A stretch of DNA of 63,702 nucleotides, the filler included, from Phoronis australis (lineage: Eukaryota; Animalia; Phoronida): NCBI GenBank assembly GCA_002633005.1. It is 5 parts of 5 records of this genome, joined end to end, with 100 filler letters (N's around TTAATTAATTAA, not from the genome) between each part and the next. Parts side by side here need not be neighbours in the genome. Positions count along the whole stretch, not along the records: positions 39,382 to 53,114 come from NMRA01000169.1; positions 53,215 to 57,397 come from NMRA01002674.1; positions 57,498 to 63,702 come from NMRA01001394.1; 2 more parts are not named here. The stretch is one strand, 5' to 3'. Made by a program: the position numbers and the translations under genes. The notes beneath the pieces are model-generated. The model was given only the letters and a program-made list of their open reading frames with translations, did no database searches and was not told where the DNA came from. Positions 46,191 to 58,327 of this stretch are shown one piece after another; positions within the stretch are counted from its first letter, which is position 1, and each line of letters opens with the position of its first letter.

Positions 46191-49100
46191 GTGCAGGTGA
46201 CCTGGTGCCTTTTGCGGTACATCAGGCGTGTTTAGGCCACAAGGCCGGGCCCATTGCATTTATCACCTGATTATGACTCATGGGACACGACATCATCGAA
46301 TTCTTCATGGGTAAAATCTTCTAATCTGCTTGCTTGTTCAGAAAAACAGAAAGGCTATTAACCCTGTATGAACTAACAGAGTTAACAAAGCGGGTTATGT
46401 GTCCATCAAGTAGTAGACTAGGGTGTCTACTGTAGGCAGCCAATGAGGGCAAATCCCTACCAGAGTCTCGCCCTCGAATTCACAGTTGGGACAAAATGAA
46501 CATACCATGTGGCCTGTGATGTGCCCAGCTACGTTGCAGTGTCCAGTAGTAACTTGGATCAGCTGCCTTATAGCAAGCCTGTCTAAACATAACAGTTTCT
46601 TTGAACCTTTTGATTCAATAGGACTTGGAAAAAATGTTTAATTGGTTTGTCTGCGGTCGGAGAGCTTTATCCATGCACCCACGGACAGTTTGCTCACCAA
46701 GTGTCTTACCCATAGGCAACTGTTATACAAGGTTCTGGTACAAAACAGGTTGCACTTGCTCCATCTTTTGCAAGTTTGTCAGCAGCTTCGTTACCGTCAA
46801 TGCCAACACAGGCTTTAACCCAGTTCACATGAACCGTTCTACTAGCTGGTAGGTGGTTAAGCTTGTACACACAGGCCAGGACACAATGGGAGTTGATCTT
46901 GGGCTTAGTTATAACTTTAATAGCTGCTTGGCTGTCTGAGAGTATAAGGAGTTCCTTGTTACCAAGGATTGCTTCGGGCTCCCTTGCCAGTTGGAGAGCC
47001 TCGTGAATGGCGACAATTTCAGCCTGAAAGACTGTACTGGTGTTACCCAGTGGGATCCAGCTTTTTTGTCGTCACCTGCAAGGTCTGGAAAGTAGATTCC
47101 TGACCCTGAGTGTCCGTTGTCAAGTTGAGAGCCATAAGCGTAACAAACCGACCGTTGGTCATTGTAATCAGTGATTTCGTGACCACCTCCAATTTCTTAA
47201 TATAAATTGTGTCTGTGATTTAGGATTGTTCAGAAACCCCCTCGATCCCACACCCCTCGACCCCCCTCGACCCACAACTCCCTCCACCTAGTCTATACAC
47301 AAGCTCGAATCTATCTGAACGTAGAGGAAGGGCTGACTTGTAGGACCAATGAGTTGGGCCATGACCTCGTCTGGCTTTTCCCTGTTTTTGTTTTGCAATT
47401 AATGCAGTCGATTCGGCAAGTTTGAAATCCAAAAAAGGAAACAAAAACAACGCGACCAAATTAAATCAAAGACGTACTTGTACCAACTTTACAGATGTCG
47501 TTCCCGGCCGAGGGTAATCATCTTGTCTGCTCCTCAGTTAACTGCAGAGTGAGAGGAACCGACACAACGGTAATTTCACCAGTAAATATAGTTTTAAAAA
47601 ACTGTTAACTAAAAGATTTCAACGTTATTTGGAGTATATAGTAAACGAGTACACAATATAAAGAAAATAATAAAAATATGAAATTATGTACATTCACGTT
47701 AACTTTATTAGAACTGGGCCATTGATATCCGCTCGTGGAAGTATTTCCGTGAAAACGATAGCGCGCTCACAATGCCCTATTCAAGAACACCGGCGTTCTC
47801 ACGCCTAGACATTTCAATAATAGTTGTAACACGCCACCACCTCAGAGCGGTTTATAAAGTCGGAATACCTCTATTGAGACAGACAGTCACACTAACTCCC
47901 TCAAGCTTAGCTATCACAGTCTGACAGCTCAGCATGTACAAACTCCACCTTATAAGCCCTTTGTCAATCCGAAATTGAACAAGTGCATTATAGATAGCAT
48001 CATGTTGAATGTAGCTGAAGGCACCAGCAATATGTATGAAAGCGCCAACAGCAAACATTTTATTATTGTATACAGAGTTTTCAAGCTGTCTGACAAGATG
48101 ATGAAGAGCAGTCTCTGCAGAAAAGCCAGCTCTGTAAGCGTATTGATTTCTCAGAAGTCTGCTCATAACATCTTGGCTTTCTAACTGCCACAGAACCAAT
48201 TTCTCAAGCCCTTTCAAGATGAAGGAAGTTAGAGTTATAGGTCTGAAGAAGTCAGTTTTGAAGTAAGAATTCTTGCCAGGTTTTGGGAATAAAAACAACC
48301 TTCGCCTTAGTCCAGATTTCTGGGACGTAACCTAGACTAAGACTGGCCTTGCAAAGTTTAGACAGGATTTGGAAAGCTTGGTTCCTGCTTCCTGTAGCAT
48401 CTTATTAAATACCATGTCTTGCGCGGGGGCCCTCCATGTTTTGAAAGACGTGAGGGTCAGTTTAACAAGATGAGTAGTAATCGTCTCATCAAGAAAGTCC
48501 ATATGGATTTCCCATTCTTGTCCGACACGTACTACTTCTCATGTTTCATGACCAGGAATCACACTACCAGGATAGTATTTATCCAACATGGCCCTGAGAG
48601 TCTCGCCAGGTGACCTGGTGTATGAACCGTCTGGACAGTCTCCAACTGAGCAGTCTTGTTCTTCTTCAGAATCTAAACAAGTTTTGCTGTTGCTGACAAA
48701 AAAATCTCCATGAGCTATTTTCCCTACGTGTAGCAGACTTAAAGGTTTTGTTTCCCTGTCTGTAGGCGTTCCAGTCCTCTTCAGTGTCTGCTCGCTAGGT
48801 AATCTACAGCTTTTCTTGCCTTCTTTTGAAGAGATGCAAGCTCTTTGGTCCACCATATCTGGCGATTAAGTTTACCAGTAAGCCCCAACATCCTCATCGG
48901 ACAGGCAACATTGATGGCATAAGTCAGCACAGTTGTGACATTATTTGTCGGCGAATCAACATTAGTAAAAGTGTTGAGAGTTCCACTGTCTAGGTTATCA
49001 AGTGAGTTGGAACATTCTTCATTGTAGGTGTGCCAATCAGCCTTCTTGACATCCCTGTACTCAAAGTAGAAGGGGATAGCAGAAATTGACATCTCAAACC

Positions 49101-50460
49101 TGATATATCTGTGATCCGAGAGAGAGGACAAGGGGTCAACTCTCCAGTTCTTCACCAGATCTGCTGCAGGTATACTAGTAAGATCTAGAATCTCTTGGCG
49201 ATTCTGAACAACAAAGAATGCTCGTGGCCTCTACTGCAAATATTCAGTTGAGTGCTGACAATGAACTCTAACAGGGATTCACGACTCGAGTTTGTGTCAG
49301 TACTGTTCCACACGTTATGATGTGCATTAGCATCAGAGCCAATTACCAATGGAATGCCATTGTTGCTACAATGTTGTATAATGTGCTTTACCATCTCAGT
49401 TGGAGGTTCCTCAACTGATTCACTTGGCATGTATGCCGAAACCCACCAAACAGTGCGGACAAGTCCATTTGGACCAGTGAGGTCACATGCTACAGCTACT
49501 GTGTCTCTGTCCCAGAAGTCTGGCAGTGGTCTCGACGATATGTCTTTGGATACCAAACAAGCAGCTGTTGCCCTCAAATTGGTGTCAAGCCGTGCTGTGT
49601 ATGGTTTGGCATTTCTAGTACCATGAAGCATAGTGTTCCTCTTGCAGTGTGGCTCCTGAATCAAAGACAAATAGCAAGTCTCTATATTCAGAATCTGCTG
49701 CAGGAGAACAGATGGATTGCTGGTATGATGCAGGTTTATCTGCCAAACTTTAACATCACGGTCTATCAGAAAAGGCAGCATAATTATGGTATAAATATAC
49801 CAACTGCTCTTCTTCATAAAGCGTGCTAGTATGTCATCAGTCACTCACATACATCCCCTCACTAGAATCTCTCGACACTGAAAAAGTTGCAATGAGGCCG
49901 ACTACGTGGGGGGCATTAGCAAGCAGCTGATCACCTGTTACCACAACTGAATGAGGGCCAGAAATGACCCCTTTGGCCACTACAAGCTCTTTGGCAGCTT
50001 CGTCGCCTTCTTCCACATCGGTCGAGTTGGTGATATCCACCTCGTCGGCACCAGTTTCCGTGGCTGACTCGTCCACCGCAGAAGGCCCAGTGGCCGTGGC
50101 GGGCACATCAACTTTACTAGCTGCAGGCTTAGCCGTCTTGGTCTTGATCCTAAAAAGGCAACTGCCAAGACCGCAGTAAGGCTTGAAATCCATTGCCTTA
50201 AGCACAATCCAGGCAGATTACCTAATGCCCATTACCAAGGTTAGACCCTTGGTAGGGTACTGTGCACTTGGTTTGTTCTCACAAACTGATACACAGTGGG
50301 CCTTTGCCGCTTCAAGATCTGGATTGCTGATATCAAGGACTAAGATTAAAAGATTCCTCCTTACTCGCTGCAATGTCGACCGAGACATGGCAGACGGCCT
50401 TATGCATGGGGGAGATCCCCGGGACCCATGACATGGTATGCAGACCTTGAGTCTGCCTCA
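46191..50460 (-). mobile_element. Decayed non-LTR retrotransposon, LOA/Lian-like: ORF1 tail, AP endonuclease, partial RT, RNase H and CCHC remnant; C-terminal half of RT replaced by unrelated DNA at about 47220-47853
   Basis: ORF1 DFKPYCGLG. APE QINLHH, LIQEP, GSDANAHH, SLSDHRYI. RT PKPGK..FRPITLTSFILKGLEK..QYAYRAGFSAETAL. RNase H YAYGS, TVFQAEIVAI, SDSQAAI, WVKACVGIDGNEAADKLAK (about 47150-46767). CPNC near 46490. Confidence 0.9.
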
Positions 50461-50462
50461 TG

Positions 50463-52550
50463 CAGTGGCGGATCTACGGGGGGGTTCAGGGGGTTTAAAC
50501 CCCCCTCGGGCCAGGACCCAAAAATTAAAAAAAAAAAAAAAAAAAAACATCTCCAGCAAAACAAAAAAACGACATTGCCAGCGTATGTAAATCCCAAGTA
50601 AACCAACTTGGAAAAAAATGAGGAGGGGTTCACTCTGAAAATATATTTTTTTGCATTGTGAATTGCTGTTATGAAAATCAACGCATTTCTAGTCTTCGTG
50701 GCTCATCGGCAAAACCCCGGAGATCAATTGTGCGCGCGCTTCCGTCGACACTTCTGAAGTAGCCAAGCATTTTAGAAGGATCCACGGCTGAAAGAGCAGC
50801 TCTATAGCTGATTTCTTTAGGTAAATAGTTTCTTTACTCTAAGACATGTTTTGATTTGATTAGGGGAAATACTGTGGTGCCGCAACCTTGATATTCAGGC
50901 GAATTGACGTGCAACGTTTTTACCTCACATGCCGTGTCATCCTATTACACCCCACACGTTTGTAACTCGAATTTGACTGGTGTATAGTAAAGTTGTCTTG
51001 CGCAATATCATACCGTGTATATGTACATGTAATACTTTTGAAAAAAAAACGTTTTTCGAAGAATTGCTATTGTGGTGGGCGTCGTGGTCTGGTCGCGAGT
51101 CTGTTGGAAGATGCCGCGNAAATCAACGCATTTCGAGTCTTCGTGGCTCATCGGCAAAACCCCGGAGATCAATTGTGCGCGCGCTTCCGTCGACACTTCT
51201 GAAGTAGCCAAGCATTTTAGAAGGATCCACCGCTGAAAGAGCAGCTCTATAGCTGATTTCTTTAGGTAAATAGTTTCTTTACTCTAAGACATGTCTTGAT
51301 TTGATTAGGGGAAATACTGTGGTGCCGCAACCTTGATATTCAGGCGAATTGACGTGCAACGTTTTTACCTCACATGCCGTGTCATCCTATTACACCCCAC
51401 ACGTTTGTAACTCGAATTTGACTGGTGTATAGTAAAGTTGTCTTGCGCAATATCATACCGTGTATATGTACATGTAATACTTTTGAAAAAAAAACGTTTT
51501 TCGAAGAATTGCTATTGTGGTGGGCGTCGTGGTCTGGTCGCGAGTCTGTTGGAAGATGCCGCGACTCTAACAAGTGATGTCTATACAAGGAATGACCAAG
51601 GGGGCACTCACATTGACAAAGTGACTGCATTCGCGAACAGTGTACAGTACCAAAAATCGCAGGGAGGCTGTATTTTCACAACAAAATCTTGCGGGACTCG
51701 TGCGATGTTCACTAGGCCTCCTAAGGAGCCCTAGTGCCGACCTCAACACCTATCGACTTTCTACCTGCAATAAGCACCACTGCCGTTTTCTATACTGGGA
51801 ATTTCCACAGAAAGGCCCACCCGACGAAACGCCTATGCCCATGGGCATTTATTTGATGTTAGTACTTCGGGTTTAAAGTGTTCAGACATTGGGACGTTTA
51901 TTTCGAAAATTGCAAGAGATGCAAATGGGTCCTGGGATACATCGTCAAGGTTTGAAGTAGTCCATGATGAACGGATCAAATTTAGTTGCGCATGCTGTAA
52001 GTCTTTTGAATGGAGTTGGTAACCTCAGGGGGCTTAGTGCCAACTGAGCTTCCAAACGAGAAGCTGACATTATACAGCCGTACAAGCTCATTGACACAGC
52101 AGTTGACGAAGTGCAAGTGTTGGGAACAAACGTCGAAGATGTCTGGGTAGAATGGTTCCAAGAAGAGCAAACCATTGGATCCGATGTACAGATTCCTCGG
52201 CAGTCTAGACAACAGAAAGATAGGACCAACGTTCCTGGAGAAACACCCAGGTAATAAGTTGTAATTCTACAAGTTTGTAATAATGTCGGTTTTTATGCTT
52301 GTGTACAATGAAAACGAAGCAGAAACTATTTTTGGACATGCCGGCAGTACAGCAGACGGTCTACTTGCGCACAGAAACAGATTCTGGGTTGTATTTCCAC
52401 TTGAGTCTGTCTGCTTCATATCCAAAATCTATTTCACTTAGTGAGTAGTTAAATCTGTACTCAATACTTGTTTCTTCCAGTGAGTACTACAGAACGGTGC
52501 GAAAACCCTTCCTAGACAACCTCTCGCAGCAGTTGACCACCAGATGTGTA
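50463..52550 (+). mobile_element. hAT transposon remnant (ZMYM1/PRKRIR-like transposase) with an intron at 52251-52480
   Basis: Left TIR CAGTGGCGGATCTA at 50463. Coding remnant EADIIQPYKLID...IPRQSRQQKDRTNVPGETPS|EYYRTVRKPFLDNLSQQLTTR joins across AG|GTAATA...TTTCTTCCAG|T; stops upstream. Confidence 0.78.
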
Positions 52551-53114
52551 AACTACACGTATGAGCAACCACTGGGGATTAAAAAGTGTCTAGAGAGAAG
52601 TTTTCAATTCAAATTTTTTGCAAAAAGTACACTTTAGGCCTCGCGACGTACCAGGCCAGCTTGATTTGTGTAGCTATTGAGTTTCAGTGTACTATCTGGT
52701 CCCTCGGCGAACTAGTCTTGTGATGTTTTTTACCAAAGTGTGCTTTGTAAAACTACTTATCTCAGCCAGTACTGTTTGGTCCCGCGACAGATCAACTATT
52801 TTTATAGGGATAATAAGCACAGGTGTACTTTTGGTCTCGTGACGGACCAGGCCAGAGTTTTTGTGTACTCTCAGTGTACATCTGGTCCCTCTGCAAACTG
52901 GTCCTGTATATCTTTTCACCACGGTGTACAGGTTTTAATGTTTTTATTATCATTTACAAACAATTACAAAAACAAACAAACAAATAAGTACACCATTCAT
53001 TCACGCATGCACACCTCAGGAAGACCATTCTCATATCTCGTTTAAAGTAAATATCTTCTACATGAAGTTAACATGAACAATAAATTTTTCCCATTTTGCA
53101 GAGAAGCTGTCATG

Positions 53115-53214
53115 NNNNNNNNNNNNNNNNNNNNNNNNNNNNNNNNNNNNNNNNNNNNTTAATTAATTAANNNNNNNNNNNNNNNNNNNNNNNNNNNNNN
53201 NNNNNNNNNNNNNN
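53115..53214. other. Assembly gap spacer N44-TTAATTAATTAA-N44
   Basis: Read directly. Confidence 0.97.
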
Positions 53215-54093
53215 ACGTCCGTAGAAGCACGCCCTCTGTTGTTAGGCTATTTCTTATCATGATTTTTATCACGGTTGTAGACCCATAAACACATATGTGT
53301 AGATTCCTCGTTCAAGTGTTTGTCACAAAGTTATTTCCATAATAATTTTACAAGAAATCGACCAATCAGAGACGTCTGTTGACGTGACGTCGTAAATGTC
53401 ATAGTAAAAGGATAATAACCTCATAACTTGTGGTCAGTAACGGAATTTGTTGAGGTGTCTACCAGTTTTGTAACACCACCGGAGTAATCGCGGTAATGTT
53501 TCGAAGGAGAAAAAGTTCTGTGAGAGATATTGACGATGAAGAATCGGAGCGCATGCGGAAATATTACCAAAAAGATGGGCGCAAACGGTCATCAGTTGTC
53601 GGCTCCAGAAGGGTTTCCATTGACGCACTCAGAGGAGCGGCTAAAGTGAGATTTGCTTTATAATTTTGCACGTGCTATTTCACAAGGCATATCATCAAAG
53701 CACAGTTATTAGGTATACGATAACTTCAATGCAACTTATGATATCTATGACGACATCTTCAGTTGCAATATTATACGTCAGAACAACAATGAAAGAAGGC
53801 TGGAGATTACAAAAATTTAAATGTGAAATCACCAGAAAAACTATATTTCATACTCCTATTTGATTTAAAGGAACTGTCAAGAACGTTTCATTATAAGATT
53901 TGTAAATCCTCTTTAAGTCAGAAAACTGACATTTGATTTTGACAACCCACTAATAACTGGTCGCAACTTGTTCCATACTCAAATAAGAAGCGATTCAGCG
54001 CGTGAAAAGAACAGGCAGTCGGCCATTGCTCGGATCACGCTTTTCCAGTGGCGCGTAAAATGAACCGCCGTGAAAGCAAACTTATTGAGCCTG

Positions 54094-54243
54094 CCTCCCG
54101 TTCAGCAATGCTAGGATCTCGCTAAAAACCAAGACTTTGCAAGATTACGTGAGATATTTCCGTGTATTTTAAATGAAAGCACGTGGCTTTGGCTAGATTT
54201 TAGCTAGGTCCTAGCGTAGGTCCCAGCGTTACCGCATGCACGT
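54094..54243 (+). mobile_element. CWG-target MITE, copy 2
   Basis: CTG|CCTCCCGTTCAG...GCACGT|CTG; reverse-complement homologue of 9877-10034. Confidence 0.8.
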
Positions 54244-55697
54244 CTGGTTTCAAGTAAAATTGAATTGCCAACACTTCCATATCCAGAAACCAAAATGGCA
54301 CCAGTTTTACAACAGGCCAAATTCAAACTTTTTTGCAGGAATTGGGGTAGGTTTGTACTCCAGTTTTAAATATCATGACATGACTCGGCTCGTCGCGAGA
54401 TGATATTCATCGTTGTAGCTTGTGGAAAGTTTGAGTACGCCATGCGGCATTTGCAGCTAAATATTATAACTTAACATAATAACGTATTTCAGTTCCAACA
54501 GCAGATTAATTTTTTCATTATTCATTGATTAAATCTAAAGACACTCTCCTAGTGACTATGTGAACAAACATTGGACTCCATCTATAGCTGTGGCTACGGT
54601 CCGCTCGCCTTTATCAGTAGATAAGAATCTTATGTAGCCATGAAAGTGTTTTTCAATGTTATTATCTCTCCTATCATAAAACTGACTAGTTTAAATAGAC
54701 ATGCGCTAAATTGAAAAAAGCTGTAAAATGCAGTTAAGTCATTAATTTCATCACTAATTTGTTCTTTTTGTATCTGGGACTACAAAAATGGGATAAAGAC
54801 GGAAAGGGAACTTCCGGGACACGTAAATCATGGACTTTCTGAGCGGTTTGGGACTGTAGGCCTCAGCTCATCACTCTATTTTATCTTATTTATTCATCGA
54901 TTTGTACATATTAACTAATTTTTATACGTAATTTATTTTATCTATTAATCTTTTCAGTCTAATTGTTCATAGCTCAGTGTCTTTTACTTTATGTAATTAT
55001 TTCCGACTGGTCCAACTTGAAAATCAGTGTATTCACTGAAGTGGTCCCCCAGTCTTTTAAAGAAGTTTAAATAAATAAATTCTGTCCAGGGGGGCACGAT
55101 CCGGTGGATCCCAAGTTAAAGACGCCTGTCACACTTTGCTTGTGGGATTTGAGGACACGTTAACCTCATGCAGTCCACCTCGTCTTCAAAATTGCACGTT
55201 GTTGATAACACTAACATTCGACACAGAAATAAGTATTCGGATTTCAAATTGTCGCGGCCAAAAGAGCTTTTTCAGAAAATTGCGTTTTCCGTTCACAGGT
55301 TGCTACAACAAAATAAACGTCCCTCAATTTTGTGGGATGTACATGTAAGTCCAGAAACTTGCGTTCAACACCAAAACATTAAAATGACATCTATTACCTT
55401 AATGGGGTTTCAGAGGAGTCAAGTAACGTATTTACTGAGGTGTTGTGTGGGTAAGGTCTTCAATAACACTGACACTTCAAAAAAAAAACGTTGTCATGCC
55501 TGATTTATGAGTAAACGAGTATGCGTAAACAAGGTGCAAGGGCGAAAATGGTGTTTTCAAAATTCCTTGTTTTATAGACCATCTACTTTGAATAACGTTG
55601 TGTTGTATGATTTTCGTCTTGGTGTTATGAAGTACCAAAGGGTTGTTAAACGAGTACCTCTCTGCGTTGTCTTTATTTCGCAAGTAGAGTAAGCCTG

Positions 55698-56001
55698 CCT
55701 TCCGTTCAGTAACGCTAGGACCTCGCTAAAAAGCAAGACTTCGCGAGATTACGTGAGATATTGCCGTGCATTGTAAATGAGAGCACGTGACTTTGACTAG
55801 GGTTTAGCTAGGTCCTTGCGTAGGTTCTAGCGTCTCCTGAACGCACGCCTGGCGTGCGTTCAATAACGCTAGGACCAACGCTTGTACCTAGCTAAAAGTT
55901 AGCCAAAGTCACGTGTTTTCCTTTGAAATACACGGCAATATCTCACGTAATCTCGCGACGTCTTGCTTTTTAGTGAGGTCCTAGCGTTATTGGACGAGAG
56001 G
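55698..56001. mobile_element. CWG-target MITE, copies 3 (55698-55848) and 4 (55852-56001), joined in inverted orientation
   Basis: CTG|copy 3|CTG|inverted copy 4|CAG, with junction GAACGCACGC-CTG-GCGTGCGTTC. Confidence 0.85.
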
Positions 56002-56277
56002 CAGTTATTCTAAGCACACAAATGTAAGATAAGGATGTTACACCACGCGTTCTTATATCGATGCGCAGATTACAGAAGGTTCCCCAGTATCTTAGAAGTA
56101 GTAAGTGGCTCCCGTCGATCTACTGGGATAACCGGGAGCCTTAAGAATCTCAAGGTTAAGATAAATGTAGAAAAATGGTTGTTAAGTCGAGCGAATATCT
56201 CTGTGTCAGTGCTGTTCCTGAAGTGGTTGAATGATTGATATACCTCAGCGGAAGTCAACATAAGTTTATTTTTATAC

Positions 56278-57174
56278 GTGAATAAAACAACAAAAATGGA
56301 TCACTGAAATTTTCGGATATAATAACATCCTTCCGGTTTCGCAATCATAGATTTAACATAATACATAAAAACATTTCTGATACTATTAACGTAGAAAATA
56401 TATCTGAAACTAAATTAGGCGATCCAGATCCTCCCAAGGATACTATTGTTTCATGAAATGAAGAATATAAATCGGTAAATAAAACAACAAGAANATAAGA
56501 TATGGTGTAATGAAAATGATACATTTTTGCGTAAAAAATTCAATGACATAGTTTAAGAAGTTTTTATGTTCAATCTTAAAATATGTCATTGAATTTTTTA
56601 CGCAAAAATGTATCATTTTCATTACACCATATCTTACATGTCAATTGTCATTTTGTGTTTGATTTTACTTTATTTCTGTTTTTGTTGATAAAGGAAGTTG
56701 TTACCTCCGAAAATTTCAAATTTCAGTTGATCCATTCTTGTTGTTTTATTTACCGATTGATACTATTAGTAATCATTTCAATTCAAAAAAACATAATCTA
56801 CAAGATCTTTCTGTACAAATAATAGAGAAACTCCAATACTTCAGTACCCCTCACAGACTCAAAAGAGAACAATTTTGGATAAATAAGCTCAACACACATG
56901 AACCTAATGGATTGAACATAACGACTTCTTAAATTATATCATTTACTTTTTTCCCCAACAGTGTATCATGCTCATTACGCCATATGTCAATTGTCATATA
57001 GTGTTTGATTTTACTTCATTTCTGTTTCGGTTGACGAAGGATGTTTTTATATCCGAAAATTTCAGTGATCCATATTTGTCGTTTTATTTACATTTATTCT
57101 ACTTTTCGACAAACAAGCGTATCCTATAGAGGATCCGGATCGCCTCTTTCAGTTTCGGATTTATTTTCTACGTT
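56278..57174 (+). mobile_element. Rearranged Penelope-like remnant: GIY-YIG C-terminus (56752-56932) between two direct pLTR-like repeats (~56609-56751 and ~56963-57090), with inverted partial copies upstream
   Basis: ISNHFNSKKHNLQDLSVQIIEK...RLKREQFWINKLNTHEPNGLN is the typical PLE endonuclease tail. Inverted matches: 56278-56332 vs 57036-57090, 56388-56443 vs 57120-57174, and 56496-56550 vs 56582-56636. A single n lies at 56494. Confidence 0.8.
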
Positions 57175-57397
57175 AATTATTTTTGTGTATTTTATAGCCT
57201 GAAACTTACTTGATCCTCAAAAAGTCATTTACATCATCACTGGTATGATCCCTTGATTGAAATCGGCAACAATTTTCGAAACTGGCATCAAAGCAATAGA
57301 AGTACGCTCACCAATATGGGCATTCGTAGCGTGGCGTCCTTATTCTACGTAGAGTGTATTTGCGCGTTGAATAAGGCACTTTATACGGGCAGAAAGG

Positions 57398-57497
57398 NNN
57401 NNNNNNNNNNNNNNNNNNNNNNNNNNNNNNNNNNNNNNNNNTTAATTAATTAANNNNNNNNNNNNNNNNNNNNNNNNNNNNNNNNNNNNNNNNNNNN
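57398..57497. other. Assembly gap spacer N44-TTAATTAATTAA-N44
   Basis: Read directly. Confidence 0.97.
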
Positions 57498-57500
57498 GCC

Positions 57501-58327
57501 TATTTTCAAAGTATGGCAGATATGCACATGAATGCTGTGCTTTTTATTTTTTCTCTTTGAATTGATTTAGTAAATCAACTAACTCTCAGTAGATTCTTAG
57601 TATTTAGTTACAAACCTGACATGTCATTGAAATGTAGTGTACGTACCCCTGTGTAGTGTACGTACCCCCATGTGAATAAATACCATGAAACCCGGTAAGT
57701 AAGCACAGACAGCTTCCTCCATTAAAAATGCTAGGTTAAAAGGGTGTTAATTACAAATACATTTGTTTTGAGTGAAATTTTAGCATTTGTGTAGTATACG
57801 TAGCCCTACAACTATTATTAAATTCTCTTGGTCTATTTACACCGACCTCTACACTATATACACTGTCACGATGTTTCAGTCGGTCTCTTCTCCGGCCGTT
57901 GTCAGGTGTTCTCACATTCTTAGAAGAACGATCATGGATACGTGGTACACTCATGGTGTGATTTTTTGTGCTTCTAAGAACGCGGGAACACCTGACGATG
58001 GCCGGAGAAGAGACCGACCGAAACGTGGTGACAGTGTATATAGACTAGAGGTCGATGTAAATAGACCAAGAGATTTTAATAATAGTTGTAATACGCCACC
58101 ACCTCAGAGCGGTTTTAGGAAGTCATACTTGCTCCTATATTTTAACATGTGTCTGTTTTCAAAGAATGACAGACAGATATGCACATGACTGCATGCTGTA
58201 CTTTTTATTTGTTCTCTTTGAATATTCGTAAATGAACTAACTCTCAGTAGATTTTAATTATTTTTATAAAGTTAACCTGAAAAGTCATTGAAATGTAGTG
58301 TACGTACCCCTGTGTAGTGTACGTACC
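57501..58327 (+). repeat. Diverged ~170-bp direct repeats (57501-57667 and 58156-58327)
   Basis: Both contain CAGATATGCACATGA, AACTAACTCTCAGTAGATT and GTCATTGAAATGTAGTGTACGTACCCCTGTGTAGTGTACGTACC. Confidence 0.85.
57807..58090. mobile_element. Pair of inverted 120-bp repeats (57807-57926 and 57971-58090), each with a minimal hammerhead motif; probable Penelope pLTR pair
   Basis: The plus arm has CAC-CTGACGA-TGGCCGG-AGAAGAGA-CCGACC-GAA-ACGT-G-GTG; the minus arm has CAC-CTGACAA-CGGCCGG-AGAAGAGA-CCGACT-GAA-ACAT-C-GTG. Confidence 0.72.

Noticed and set aside
50675-51563. 444-bp tandem duplication (50675-51118 and 51120-51563)
   Set aside because: Same single-n junction and near identity; probable assembly overlap artefact.
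21644-57497. Four identical TTAATTAATTAA motifs
   Set aside because: Each is centred in exactly 44+44 N; this is an artificial six-frame-stop scaffold spacer, not biology.
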